A stretch of DNA of 64,000 nucleotides, taken from the NCBI GenBank assembly GCA_030390025.1, contig CM059432.1, forward strand, positions 39,248,001 through 39,312,000, in the 5' to 3' direction. The translations under genes and the position numbers were made by a program. Every line of letters starts with the position of its first letter. The stretch's first letter is position 1. Shown here one piece after another: positions 26,527 through 38,028 of the stretch. The notes beneath the pieces were generated by a model. The model saw only the letters and a program-made list of their open reading frames with translations, was not told the DNA's origin and ran no database searches. Origin of the DNA: Squalus acanthias. Taxonomy: Eukaryota.

Positions 26527-29135
26527 TGTGTCTGGGCTGGTCAACAGTGTACTAATGGAGAGTTGTGTCCAGGCTGGGCAAATAGATCTTTAGTGGAGGG
26601 ATACATGTTTGGACTGAGTTACACTTGTATAGTGGCGAGTTTATGTTGTGTGTGAGCTGCGTGATGGTTCCATAGTGTTGTGAATAGTTAAAGTATCAGG
26701 AAATAATTAAGGGCTAAGCTGTCAAAGTTGGTAAGCAATGCTATAATAGAAAGTTAGTGTTGTGCCCAGGCTAACTAGTGGTGTTTTTTGTAAATGTTTC
26801 ATGTGTTACTAGAGGGAGAGGATGAGAACTGGAGGAAGACCGTTAATGTTTAATTGAATGGAACTATGACAGTGGAGAGTTAGTAATGTGTCTGTAGTAG
26901 GAAGCAACACGCTAATGATGGGTTAGCACTGTGTCTGGGTTGTATGTCGTGCTGTAGTGGAGGGGTTGTGTTGTGTCCAGGCTGGTTATGAGCAGTGGGG
27001 CTGTCAGTCTACAAAGGTAACAACAGTGTAATCAAAGTGTCTGAGTTAGATAGTGGTGGCATGAGGGAGAGTTAATAATGTGTTGAGACTGTTGGTGGAT
27101 GTGATGTGTTATTAAAGGAGATCATGCTGGCGACTGCTTGCAGTTGCTGTCATTTAGTGGAGTGGTTGTCATATGAAGAAATGTTCAACAATGAGGCAAC
27201 TGTGAAAATATACTTTCGGTGTGTGTGCACATATTCACATAATGGCATTTCTGTAAATACACTTACATTCTACCGATACAAGTTTAAAACTTTTCACCTT
27301 AAAGGTTCCATGCATCTTACTGAAGCCATGGTAACTCCTTAAAGAGTGTTTTACTAGTACAATTGTGAATGTAAGCTACAATCAAAAGGTCGTTTTCTTC
27401 TTTCAGCAACAGTAACACAAGTGGCTGCATTTCCTGATTCTGGATTATGTTCAAGATTTCGACTGCGACTGGACTCTTTTCTGATTAGAAAGTTAGATAT
27501 TTATCATGGTCTCTCCTGTCTTCCATATCAAATGCAAGTGAAACGGTACAATGGTCAACTGAAAGGAACCATTCTTTTATTCAGCAATTAACCCCATCTC
27601 AGTAAATAATACGGTGTTCTGCAATTGAGACATTGCTGTTATGCACTGAGTCCAGAATTCGAAACGGCTTCAAAGAAGCACTCATGAAATGATGACAAGA
27701 TGCTGCAGAAACAGCTTTTCATGAAGAATATAATGCAAGTATTGTATTACATTGTACAGTAACGATGAGAGTATAGCAGTGCCGATATAGCAGATAAAGT
27801 GTCTGGCAGAATTTACCTGGACGAAACCTAATCTCAGTACTTTAAATTCCTAGACCTAGCAGAATTATAAATAAATCAAGTAAGAAATGAGATTGTGCTA
27901 AAATATTTAAAAAGTGCCGTATAAAATATTGGTTACTTGTTTCGTTTCTTTTATTTTCAAATAGTGTTAAGCACTTTCAGCAGGACTGCGACATTGTTAC
28001 ATCTTAGCACAGCATAATGCCAACATATGAGTCACACATTTACAAGTACCTTGGACTATTCCTTTATTAACAGGGCACTTTTTGTGTCTTTGCCCTTCAA
28101 CAACTATGTATTGAATATATGAGAAATTGTACATTGAATGCAGCAGGTGCTTAGTATATGTTTTCTCAAATAATCCTATGCATATTGTAAATCAGAATCT
28201 GTCTTGTGCATTAGGGATCATGATCAGTGAACCGTAGTTTAAGATTTACCGACACGACCTTTAGTCTTTAAAAGTTCCTAATCAGACTCCAATGCTCAAC
28301 ACTGCATATGCACTTTTAGGAAGTTTGGACATTGTATTGTATCTTTCTTACTAATGCTGAAGATTCTTATCTCAGTAGTCCTACAACTAAACAACTTACA
28401 TTTATACAGCACCTTATCACGTACAATGAATTACAATTATATAGATAAACACAGCAGCAATTTTGGGCAAGGCAATATTACACAAACAGCAATGAAATGA
28501 ATGAACAGTGAATCTATTTTCGGCGATGTTGGTTGAGGGAAGAATGCTGGCCAGGGCATTGAGAGAGCTCTGCTTTTCTTCCAATAGCCTTCTAGGCCCA
28601 GAGCTGCTCGAGGTCGTTCTGTAGTCTCCCCCACTGAAAGTTAATAACCTTCCACCAGCCATGCTGCAGCCACTGGGGGAGCACTTCATAGGAGCACTAG
28701 AGTAGGAAAAGGTACATGAAAGACAGACACAAAGACCACAATTTTGCCAGCGCTCAGAGGGCGGGTTTGGAGACAGATCAGCTGTTAAAGTCGCAATGAT
28801 TGCCGGCAGGTTGGAAACCCACTGCGAACCCGCCTCCATGTGAGTTTCAAGAGTGTCGGGTCTGCGATTTCACAACAGACCCGACACCAAGTGGCGGGTA
28901 AGGGATTTAAGGCTCTTAACTCCTTGTTAAGTGCTTGTTATCTGCTATTTTGACAGCCTTTCCCTATTTTCCAACATTTTCGATGGGTTTCACGATGTTC
29001 GAATATCACGCCAGGTAAGTGTGTCAGGAGGACCAACAAGCTGGATACTCCACAGCTGCAACTGCAGTCTAAAAGCTGCACTCTCACATCTGCTCAATTT
29101 CAAATGTCAGAGGTTGCTGATTTGGGAGACACATT

Positions 29136-29839
29136 GGGCTGGATTTTGATACTGGGGCGGGTTGGCGTCGTGTCATCCACTTCCTGTGTTATCCACCCGA
29201 CTGCAATTGGATGTGGGAGATTGATGCAATTTTCACCTAATTGGGCAATTGAGTTCCAGCATGTGGGAACCCATGAACCAATTAGTGTTTTCAGTCTGAA
29301 AGTCGCCTCTGATGATGTCATCATTACTGCTGCATTGAAGGTCTTCAAAGACTGCCTGGCCTTTGCTGTGAGAGGACCTGGATGCAAAATGAACAGCAGC
29401 AGCCCTAAGTCTGCTCCCAGATATTTTTGCACCAGCACTCCCAGATATGTCTCCTCCATCCATCACCACCACTCCCAGATATGTCTCCCATCCACCACCA
29501 CTCCCAGATTAGCCAGCCAGCCAGCCAGCCAGCGTCAGCTATCCAAATGTGCTCCCGCCATTCGTGGTTCAGAACAGGCGTGCTTCACGTAGAAAAAGGG
29601 TTAAAATCACAAAGGCCTTTCAAAATGGCATTATAGAGGCAATTTAGTGCTTGTTAAGGGCCTTAACAGCCTATCCCGCCTCTTAGAGGTGCGACGGAGT
29701 CGGGACCAGCAGACACGATTTAATGAAAATTGCGTGGAGGCGGGATGGAGGCGGGCTTGTGCCCGCCTGCCAGTTTTTGCAATTTTAACCCCCCACACAC
29801 CTCCAAACCCGCCTCCACGGGTCAATGAAAATCCAGCCC
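29136..29839. mobile_element. Harbinger-type MITE, family C (third nesting level)
   Basis: Perfect TIR GGGCTGGATTTT / AAAATCCAGCCC and ATT TSD on both sides. Confidence 0.92.
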
Positions 29840-30059
29840 ATTCTGTCTTGAGGCTGTAAGTGTGTGGTGTTAACTCTATATCCATTGGATTGCTGGACAT
29901 AAAAGGCGTCCTCACCATTCACTGTGCCACCTAAAATTGTAAGCACACATATGGCAATGATGTCAAACATTCATACCACATAAATTTATTCCAACAGAAT
30001 AAAAGAACAGAAACTTAACATTGAATTCTAGCAGAACACCCAAGTAAGTACCCTTGTGA

Positions 30060-32605
30060 TTATTTATGTGTCAGCTTTCTCTTACGCGTGCTTCTACGTG
30101 GTGCTACCCCTGTGGCTTCAGCAGATGTAGCGACAACCTGCTCACTTCCCTGCTGTGCCTGCTTAGACGCCTTTGGCAGGCGTCCTCTGGGTTTTGGAGC
30201 CTGTGCAGGCCCCGCCAAAGTCTGCTCCTCCTGTGGTTGCACAGGGGCAGACTCAGCCATCACTGTTTGGGCAGTCATTTGGGGCTCTGACCGAGGGGTT
30301 GGCAAGGGGATGGAAGTTGGAGTGCTTGGAGAGGAGCCCCCACTTGCATGTCGCCTTCCACCATCATCCCTCTCATGGGCCACCCACACTTCTCTACTAG
30401 CAAGTAGCTGGAGAGTACCTTGCTGCACATCAGTGGGGCCATGAGGATCCGTGTCTGTACTGACAGACTTCATAACGGGGACGTCCATGAACCTTTGGTT
30501 CCTCTCCATGATAGATGCCCATCTATCCTCCATAGCTGACCATCTATTTAGAAGAGTCACCATGTTGTTTTGAGTCTGCCGATTTCTGTCCTCCATGGAG
30601 GTTGTCACCCTTTCCATGACGGTACATACATTCGCCATTGAGTGTACCATGGCATTGCTCATGTTTGAGATGGACTCCTCCATTCTCTGCACACTCGCAG
30701 TCACTGTGGTTGCAAACCCAGTCAGAGCCTCCAGCACTTGTTCCTGAAATTCCAGCACTGCTTCCTCTCTGGATGGCCCCAGAAGCACAGCAGCTGCAGT
30801 CTACATGCAGCTGAGCAAAGCTAGGAGCATCCTGCGGCCTCCGATGAGGAGTCTCCACTGCTGTCCCTGTCTCCACCATCTGCTCTTGCTCACTCGTGAC
30901 TTGTTATACACCAGGTGACAACACTACGCTATCTCGTAAACAACCCACCGAGGTGTGCGTCTCTGCGCTGGTGCTGGGTCACTCATTTCTGCTGATGCTG
31001 CACCCTCAGAGGCTGGAGGATCCTCTGAGGAGTCCTCCTGCTCTTCCTCCTGGACAGTAGGGAGGGAGGCGCTTGATGGTCCTGTGGGAGAGTAGACATG
31101 AGTTAGACATGTGATATGTAGATTGCAGACACATCCCATTGTGCACATAGAAACATAGAAACATAGAAAATAGGTACAGGAGTAGACCATTCGGTCCTTC
31201 GAGCCTGCACCGCCATTCAATGCGTTCATGGCTGAACATGCTACCTCAGTACCCCATTCCTGCTTTCTCGCCATACCCCTTGATCCCCTTAGTTGTGAGT
31301 GTTATATCTAACTCCCTTTTGAATATATTTAGCGAACTGGCCTCAACAACCTTCTGTGGAAGAGAATTCCATAGATTCACCACTCTCTGGGTGAAGAAGT
31401 TCCTCCTCAGCTCAGTCCTAAATGGCTTCCCCTTAATCCTTAGACTGTGACATGATGAGCATTCAATTTCTATTGACATCAGATCCCATATGTGTCACTC
31501 ATGAAAGCCAAATCAGATGGATGGAGAAGCATTCTGTCACCAGGTTGTTCTACTGAGCCCATCTCTCCGTCCCCCACTTCGAGCTGTTCCACTGATCCCA
31601 CAATGTTGAGAGCGGCCTCCTCAGCGTGGGTGAGCTGTGAGAAGGATGGTGGTCCTCCTCCTGTTCTCTCCCTCTCCCTCTTATTGTGGGCCCTCTTTTC
31701 CTGCAATGAGGGAAAGAAGTGGAGTTTCAGTGAGAGTGATGGAATGAGTGTAAAGAATGGATACGACAGATGTTTAGAGGGAGACTGTGAAGGAGTGGGT
31801 TCCCATTACTAAGTTCTCTCCTTTTGAGTTGTTAGTTGTTGTCAGTGCATAACCTTGAGGGTGAGTGTGAAGGGTGCATAGTTAGATGGGGAAGTGATTC
31901 TGTACATAGGGAGAGAGGGATGGGTGAGGGTGCAAGGGATGTTGGGTTGAGTTAGGATGTGCAGGAGTAGGGTTACCAATGCAGAGTGATGGGGATGTAA
32001 TGACAGGCACAGCAGAATTAAGCTGAGTGTTTTCATACTCACTTTTCTAGACCGCAGGAGATCATTGAACCTTTTCCTGCATTGGACCCAGGTGCGTCTG
32101 AACATGGACCTGGCACTGACCTCCTCAGCTATTCGCAGCCAGGAGGAGGAGGAGGAGGAGGAGGAGGAGGAGGGAGGAGGAGGAGGAGGAGGAAGAGGAA
32201 GAGGAAGAGGAGGAGGAGGAGGAGTAAGGAGTAAGGAGGCAGGCAGCAGAACCCCGTTCCAGATGTGCTGTCCGTGAGCATCTCATCAGACTCCGGTTCA
32301 AGTGAATGAAAGCCCAGATCCCCGTTGCTCACTTCTTCCCCATCTTACCATCCCTCTGTCATGGAACATCACAGCGTCCTCCTGGGGACAATGCTGAAAT
32401 GAGAGCCACCGCAAAACAAACATTCCAAACATAATTTATAAATTTATCAAATGCAAATCAGAACAACAACATCTGTCTGCTGAGGAGGTTTCCTTTTTCC
32501 ATCACCTGGGTATAGGACCTCCCGACGTCCTCTGACTCCCTCCACAAGAGCATGGAGGGAGTCTTTGTTAAATCGGGGAGCTGCCTTCTGTTTCTCTGCA
32601 GACAT
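30060..32605 (-). pseudogene. Harbinger Myb/SANT-like gene, disrupted
   Basis: MSAEKQKAAPRFNKDSLHALVEGV (32605-32474), RRTWVQCRKRFNDLL (about 32100), exon 2 EKRAHNKRERERTGGGPP, C-terminal RRSTRKRK; exon 1 broken by an inverted duplication. Confidence 0.85.
31145..31450 (-). mobile_element. CR1 3' end inserted in Myb intron 2
   Basis: HSLRIKGKPFRTELRRNFFTQRVVNLWNSLP; (TTTCTATG)n tail. Confidence 0.9.
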
Positions 32606-33071
32606 CGTGGAGAGCAGCAGCAGTCAGGAGCATCAGGAACGAAGTGAGCTCTAATTGTGAAATGGCCCCCTTAAATACACTGGCTGTAAACGCGTCAGCA
32701 GAGCAGCTCAGCAGACCCGCACCTTGTGATCAGGGTGGGTAACGCACACGGCGGGCTTAACGAGCCCAATTAAGCAAAGATTGTGTCAGCAGGCCGGCTG
32801 GGGCCGGCAGCGGGACTGGAATCAGCCGAATAACGTTCCCGACGCCAACCCGGCCTCCAAGCAGAAACTCGCAGCCTAAGGGAATGCACACAGGTGATTA
32901 GTTGATGTTGTTGTCCTGATTTGCATTTGATAAATTTATAAATTATGTTTGGAATGTTTGTTTTGTGGTGGCTCTCTTTTCAGCATTGTCCCCAGGAGGA
33001 CGCTGTGACGTTCCATGGCAGAGGGATGATAAGATGGGGAAGAAGTGAGCAACGGGGATCTGGGCTTTCAT

Positions 33072-34312
33072 TTACTGGATCCGGAGTCTGATGAGACGCT
33101 CACAGACAGCCCATCCGGAACGGGGTTCTGCTGCCTGCCTCCTTCCTCCTCCTCCTCTTCCTCCTTCCTCCTTCCTCCTCCTCCTCCTCCTCCTCCTCCT
33201 CCTCCCCCTCCTCCTCTTCCTCCTTCCTCTTCCTCCTCCTCCTCCTCCTCTTCCTCTTCCTCCTCCTCTTCTTCCTGAGGTGGTCCCAGAACCCGTGGTG
33301 ACGAGGGCTGCGCCTTCATGATGGCCAAGTTGTGGAGCATGCAGCAGACCACCATGAAATGGGACACCCACTCCGGTGAGTACTGGAAGAGCACGCTCCT
33401 CTCAAGTGGTCAAAGCAGCAGAACCGTTGCTTTAGCACACCGACGGTCTGCTCAATGACGTTCCTTGTGGCAGCATGGCTGTCATTATATGACTGCTGGC
33501 CACAAGTGGTGGGGTTACGGAGCAGAGTCATCAGCCAGGTGTAGAGCGGATAGCCCTTGTCTCCAGCCACCCTTGGGCTTAACGCGGTGGGTGGAAGATT
33601 GCTGGCACACCAGACTGGCGCAGGATGAAGACATCATGACTGCTGCCAGGATACCGGGCATTCAGCACCATAATGCACTGGGCGTGGTCACACAGCAACT
33701 GCATATTAAGTGAGTGGTAGCCTTTGTTGTTACAGAACATCTCAGGATTGGTATGTGGTGCCCACAAAGCCACGTGTGTGCAGTTGATGGCACCCTGCAC
33801 CATGGGGGAGCCTGATATCCTGGCAAGCTCACATGCTTGCTCAACCTGCTTCTCACTGTTCAGAGAGAAAACAATGAAGCCCCTTTTCCTGGAATAGAGA
33901 GCCTCTGTGACCTCCTGGTTACAGCAATGGACGGTGAAATGGGAGATGTTAGCTATGTCACCTGCTCCAGACTGGAAGGATCTGCTGGCGAAAAAATTGA
34001 GGGCCATGGTGACCTTGAGGGCCACTGGGAGAGCTGTTGTCGCCCTGCTCTGAGGCTGTAGGTCTGGTTGCAGGAGGTGGCAGAGTTCTGTGGCCGCCTC
34101 CTTGGTGAAGCGGAGCCTCCTATAAACTGCTCCAGGCTTAGGTGCAGGTAGGAGAAGTGCTTCCTGAAGACAGGTTGTTAAGGCCTTTTGCTGAGAGCCC
34201 TCCTGCCCCTCCTCCTCCTCCCTCTGCGAGCATCTTGTCCTCTTCTTCGCTGCCTCCGCTCCATCTCCCTGTCATACTCAAGCACGAGGGGGACTGCAAG
34301 TAGAGGCCCTAT
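33072..34312 (-). pseudogene. HARBI1-like transposase, disrupted
   Basis: KVTMALNFFAS, PMVQGAINCTHVAL, GDKGY, RNVIEQTVGVLKQRF, CCMLHNLAI; frameshifts; start codon reads ATA. Confidence 0.9.
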
Positions 34313-35401
34313 GACTGGAAGCAAGTGGTTTGAGAAGAAAGGTGTTCTCCACTTGCAGCAACACTCCCTATCACCTCAGCAACAACTCTAGAAAGCTCCA
34401 AACAGTTGCACAAACCTCCACAGAGCCAGTAGAAATGAAAAAGCAAATCAGCTGCAAGTTGTTGATGATCCCTTCAAACAGCTGGGGGTCCTTCCTGCTG
34501 CTGAACGCATGGTCAGCTGGTTGTGATTAGGAGAGGGCGTTAAATGGAGCGGCGACATCTAAAATGGCAGATCATGCATCAAATCAGCGTTTCACATTCA
34601 TTGACATCACGATCTGCCTCATCTAAATATCTGCAGCAAGCTCAGACAATGGCAGCACTGCCAACCTGCCTAAAATGGCGGCTGCCGCGGGACCCGCCAG
34701 AAGCGGCCGGAAGTGAGGCGGCCGTCATTTTCTTTCACCAAAACCGTCCTTAACGGCCAGCGCTGAAGGCTCCAATTTCACGGCCAGAGAATCTTACAGC
34801 ACTGAAGGAGGCCATTCGGCCCATCGTGCCTGTGCCAGCTCTTTGAAAGAGCTGTCCAATTTAGTCCCACATCCCAGCTTTTTCCCCATAACCCTGCAAA
34901 TTTGTCCTCTTGAAGTACATGTCCAATTCCCTTTTGAAAGTTCCGATGGAATCTGATTCCACCACCTTTTCAGGTAGTGCATTCAGATCTCAACAACTAT
35001 CTGTATGAAAAAAGTTCTCCTCATTTCCCCTCTAGTTCTTTTGCCAATTATTTTAAATCTGTGGCCTTTGGTTACCAACCCACTTGCCAAAGGAAACAGT
35101 TTCTCCCTACTTGTTCTATCAAAACCCCTCATTATTTTGAATACCTCTATTAGGTCTCCCCTTAACCTTCTCTTGTCTAAGAAGAACAATCCCAGCTTCT
35201 CCAATCTTTCCACATAACTGAACTCCCTCATTCCTGGTATCATCCTGGTAAACCGCCTCTGTACCCTCTCCAAGGCCTTGAAATCCTTCCAAAGTGTGGT
35301 GCCCAGAATTGTATACAATACTGCAGCTGAGGCCTAACCAGGGATTTGTAAAGGTTTAGCATGACTTCCTTGTTTTTGTATTCAATGGCCTTGTTTACAT
35401 A

Positions 35402-35600
35402 ATGCGGAGATGCCGGTGTTGGACTGGGGTGGACAAAATTGAGAGGTCGCACAACACCAGGTTATAGTCCAACAGTTTTATTTGAAATCACAAGCTTTCG
35501 GAACTATCGCTCCTTCCTCAGGTGAAGTAAATTGGATACAGAATCGTCAGAGCATATATAGATGGAAAAAAAAGCATGTGTACTTTACAATTGCAGACAA
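35402..35600 (-). mobile_element. 199-bp Penelope-like terminal insert with 11-bp TSD
   Basis: TTGTTTACATA at 35391-35401 and 35601-35611; contains a hammerhead followed by AATAAA on the - strand. Confidence 0.8.
35487..35526 (-). ncRNA. Minimal type I hammerhead ribozyme
   Basis: Minus strand UCAC-CUGAGGA-A-GGAGC-GAUA-GUUCC-GAA-AGCU-U-GUGA: CUGANGA and GAAA core, 5-bp stem II, palindromic AAGCUU stem III, UCAC/GUGA stem I. Confidence 0.78.
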
Positions 35601-36086
35601 TTGTTTACATAGCCAAGTATCCCATACGCTTTCTTAACCGCCTTAGCAATTTGTCCTGCCACCTTCAAAGATTTGTGAATATGCACCCCCAGGTCCCTCT
35701 GCTCTTGCACCCCCCTCAAAATAGTACCATTTACATTATACTGTCTCTCCATATTGTTTCTCCCAAAGTGCATCACTTCACATCTATCTGCATTAAATTG
35801 CAGCTGCCATGTGCCTGCCCATTTCACCAATCTGTCTATGTTCTCTTGAAGTCTGCTATTATCCTGATCACTATTTGCTACATTGCCAAGTTTTGTATCA
35901 TAAGTGAACTTCAAAATTGTACTCCCTATACACAAGTCCATGTCATTTATATAACAAGAAAAGCAATGGTCCTAATATCATTCCCTGGGGGACCCCACTG
36001 CATACTTCTCTCCATTCAGAAAAAGATCTATTCACCAATAATCTCTGCCTTAGAAGTTGAATGATGATCATCAGATAAGACTCATC

Positions 36087-37473
36087 GGCCACTATATTCG
36101 ATAGCCCCTGAAAACGGGGGCGGGGATCGCAATGCGCGATTAACCCATGCCCGTTGCTTCCAATGCAGGCAGCACAGCAACTTTGTACTGCCTGCTCATT
36201 TAAATGAATTTAGCGCCCAGCCAGCGCTATCCCCACTGTTCATTGGCTGGATTCATCAACAGGGGGTCAATATCGTGAGAGGCTAGCACAAGTTAAAGCT
36301 AGCCTGTGCTGCTTAAAGCTAGCCTGCACCTCTTAAAGGGGAGGTGCATTGTGGCTGCAGCAGGTGTTGGAAGTTGTGGTTGATGAGATCCTGAGAAGCG
36401 TGAGGAATGGCACAACAGGGAAGAGAACGGGCTCCAATGATCTTGGATGCTGCACTGGAGGTCTTGATGGAGGAGGTGGAAAGAAGGAGAGATGTCCTGT
36501 ATCTGCAGGGGGATAGGAAGCCCTCCAGACACACGGTCAGAAGACAGTGGGAGCAGATAGCCGTGGAGGTCAATGCCAGGAGTTATGCCCCGAGGACATG
36601 GATGCAGTGCCGCAAGAAGTTCAATGACCTCACACGAGTGGTCAAGGTCAGTAAATGCATCTTCAAATGCCATATCCTACCAACTACACCACTAGCCTCA
36701 GCCACTGCTCAAATCACCACACCCCATCACTCACCTACCAACAATCTCTATCAATCAGGTCTCATAGCTAACATTCATATGCTACACCTCACCCTCACAC
36801 ACTTAGCACTACTACAAGCCTCACACCCGCATCTCACAGCTTGCACACACTGCCAGCTATTCAACCATGATGGCAGCCACATCACACAAACAGATTGCAC
36901 GACACTTACTAACACACTTCCCTCTCTCTTGGAGGACAAGGTGGTGCACAGCTGGAGCAGCAAACTCTAACAGGAGGGGGACAGGCCCACTTGCATGTCC
37001 TAACCCCCATGGAGGAGAGGGTGCTGGCTATTATTGGGATGGACATTGCTGAGCCCGTGGCCAGTGGCGGGGCAGGAACCATTGAAGATGTCGGTATCCC
37101 CATACCTATTCCTCCTTCTCACATCCCACTTCTTCCTCATCCCACAATCTCTTCTGACTTACAAACTGCAGATGGTGTAAGCATACACCTCTTACGTTGC
37201 CCCCCTCCCCTCATCACAACCTTACCCTTGTGCTTTTCTCCTTTCAGATACCCAAGAAGTGCAACCTGGCCAGGCAGTGGAGGAACAGCAAGAAGAGAGT
37301 GATGATGAAGATGCATCATCACTCAATTTCACACTCGCAGCCACCAGCTCAGATACTGACACTGCGCGTAATTTAGAGGATAGTGTAGAGGCGGGGTCTG
37401 CACCTGGTGAGATACTGGGCATGAGTGGCCTGCAGCCAGGGCAGGGGGCAAGGATAGCGCCGGAGGACGAGGT
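36087..37473 (+). mobile_element. Harbinger Myb-side half (TIR plus Myb exons 1-2 and start of exon 3)
   Basis: End GGCCACTATATT...CCCCTGAAAACG like 6751; MAQQGRERAP...RTWMQCRKKFNDL from 36407. Confidence 0.85.
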
Positions 37474-38028
37474 CATAAGAACATAAGAATTGGAACAGGA
37501 GTAGGCCGTACAGCCCCTGGAGCCTGTTCCACCATTCAATAAGATCATGGCTGATCTTCGACCTCACCTGCACTTTTCCGCCCAATCTCCATATCCCTTG
37601 ATTCTCCTAGAGGCCAAAAATCTATCTATCTTAGCCTTGAATATACTCAATGACTCAGCATCCACAGCCCTTTGGGGTAGAGAAGTCCAAAGATTCACAA
37701 CCCTCTGAGTGAAGAAATTCTTCCTCATCTCAGTCTTAAATGGCCTACCCCTTATCCTGAGACTGTGCCCCCTAGTTCTAGACTCTCCAGCCAGGGGAAA
37801 CAACCTCTCAGCATCTACCCTGTCAATCCCCCTCAGAATCTTGCATGTTTCAATGAGATTACCTTTCATTCTTCTAAACTTGAAAGAGTATAGGTCGAAT
37901 CTTCTCAATCTCTCCTCATAGGACAACCCTCTCATCCCAGGGGTCAATCTAGTGAACCTTCGTTGCACCATTTCTAAGGTAAGTATATCCTTCCTCAAAT
38001 AAGGAGACCAAAACTGTGCACAGCACTC
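37474..38028 (-). mobile_element. CR1 3' fragment joining two Harbinger halves
   Basis: CAQFWSPYLRKD...FFTQRVVNLW; tail TTCTTATG at about 37475-37490. Confidence 0.9.

Larger units (their letters stand above)
28734..32876. mobile_element. Nested Harbinger derivative carrying only the Myb/SANT gene
   Basis: Ends GACCACAATTTT / AAACTCGCAGCC; flanks AAA/TAA at a host site reading ...CACTAAGGG in the 6751 copy; no transposase motifs inside. Confidence 0.75.
28588..34785. mobile_element. Left-truncated Harbinger (Myb 3' end plus transposase) hosting nested elements
   Basis: Myb C-terminal sequence 28588-28733 resumes at 32877; right TIR AATTTCACGGCC ends at 34785. Confidence 0.8.
34790..36030 (-). 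mobile_element. CR1 3' fragment interrupted by a Penelope-derived insert
   Basis: KAYGILGY|VNKAIEYKNKEV continuity across the insert; RGDLIEVFKI. Confidence 0.88.

Noticed and set aside
27408..27592. Possible host exon after TTTTCTTCTTTCAG (open about 60 codons, TVTQVAAFPDSG...)
   Set aside because: No recognisable protein similarity and no supporting neighbouring exons; needs RNA-seq or conservation data
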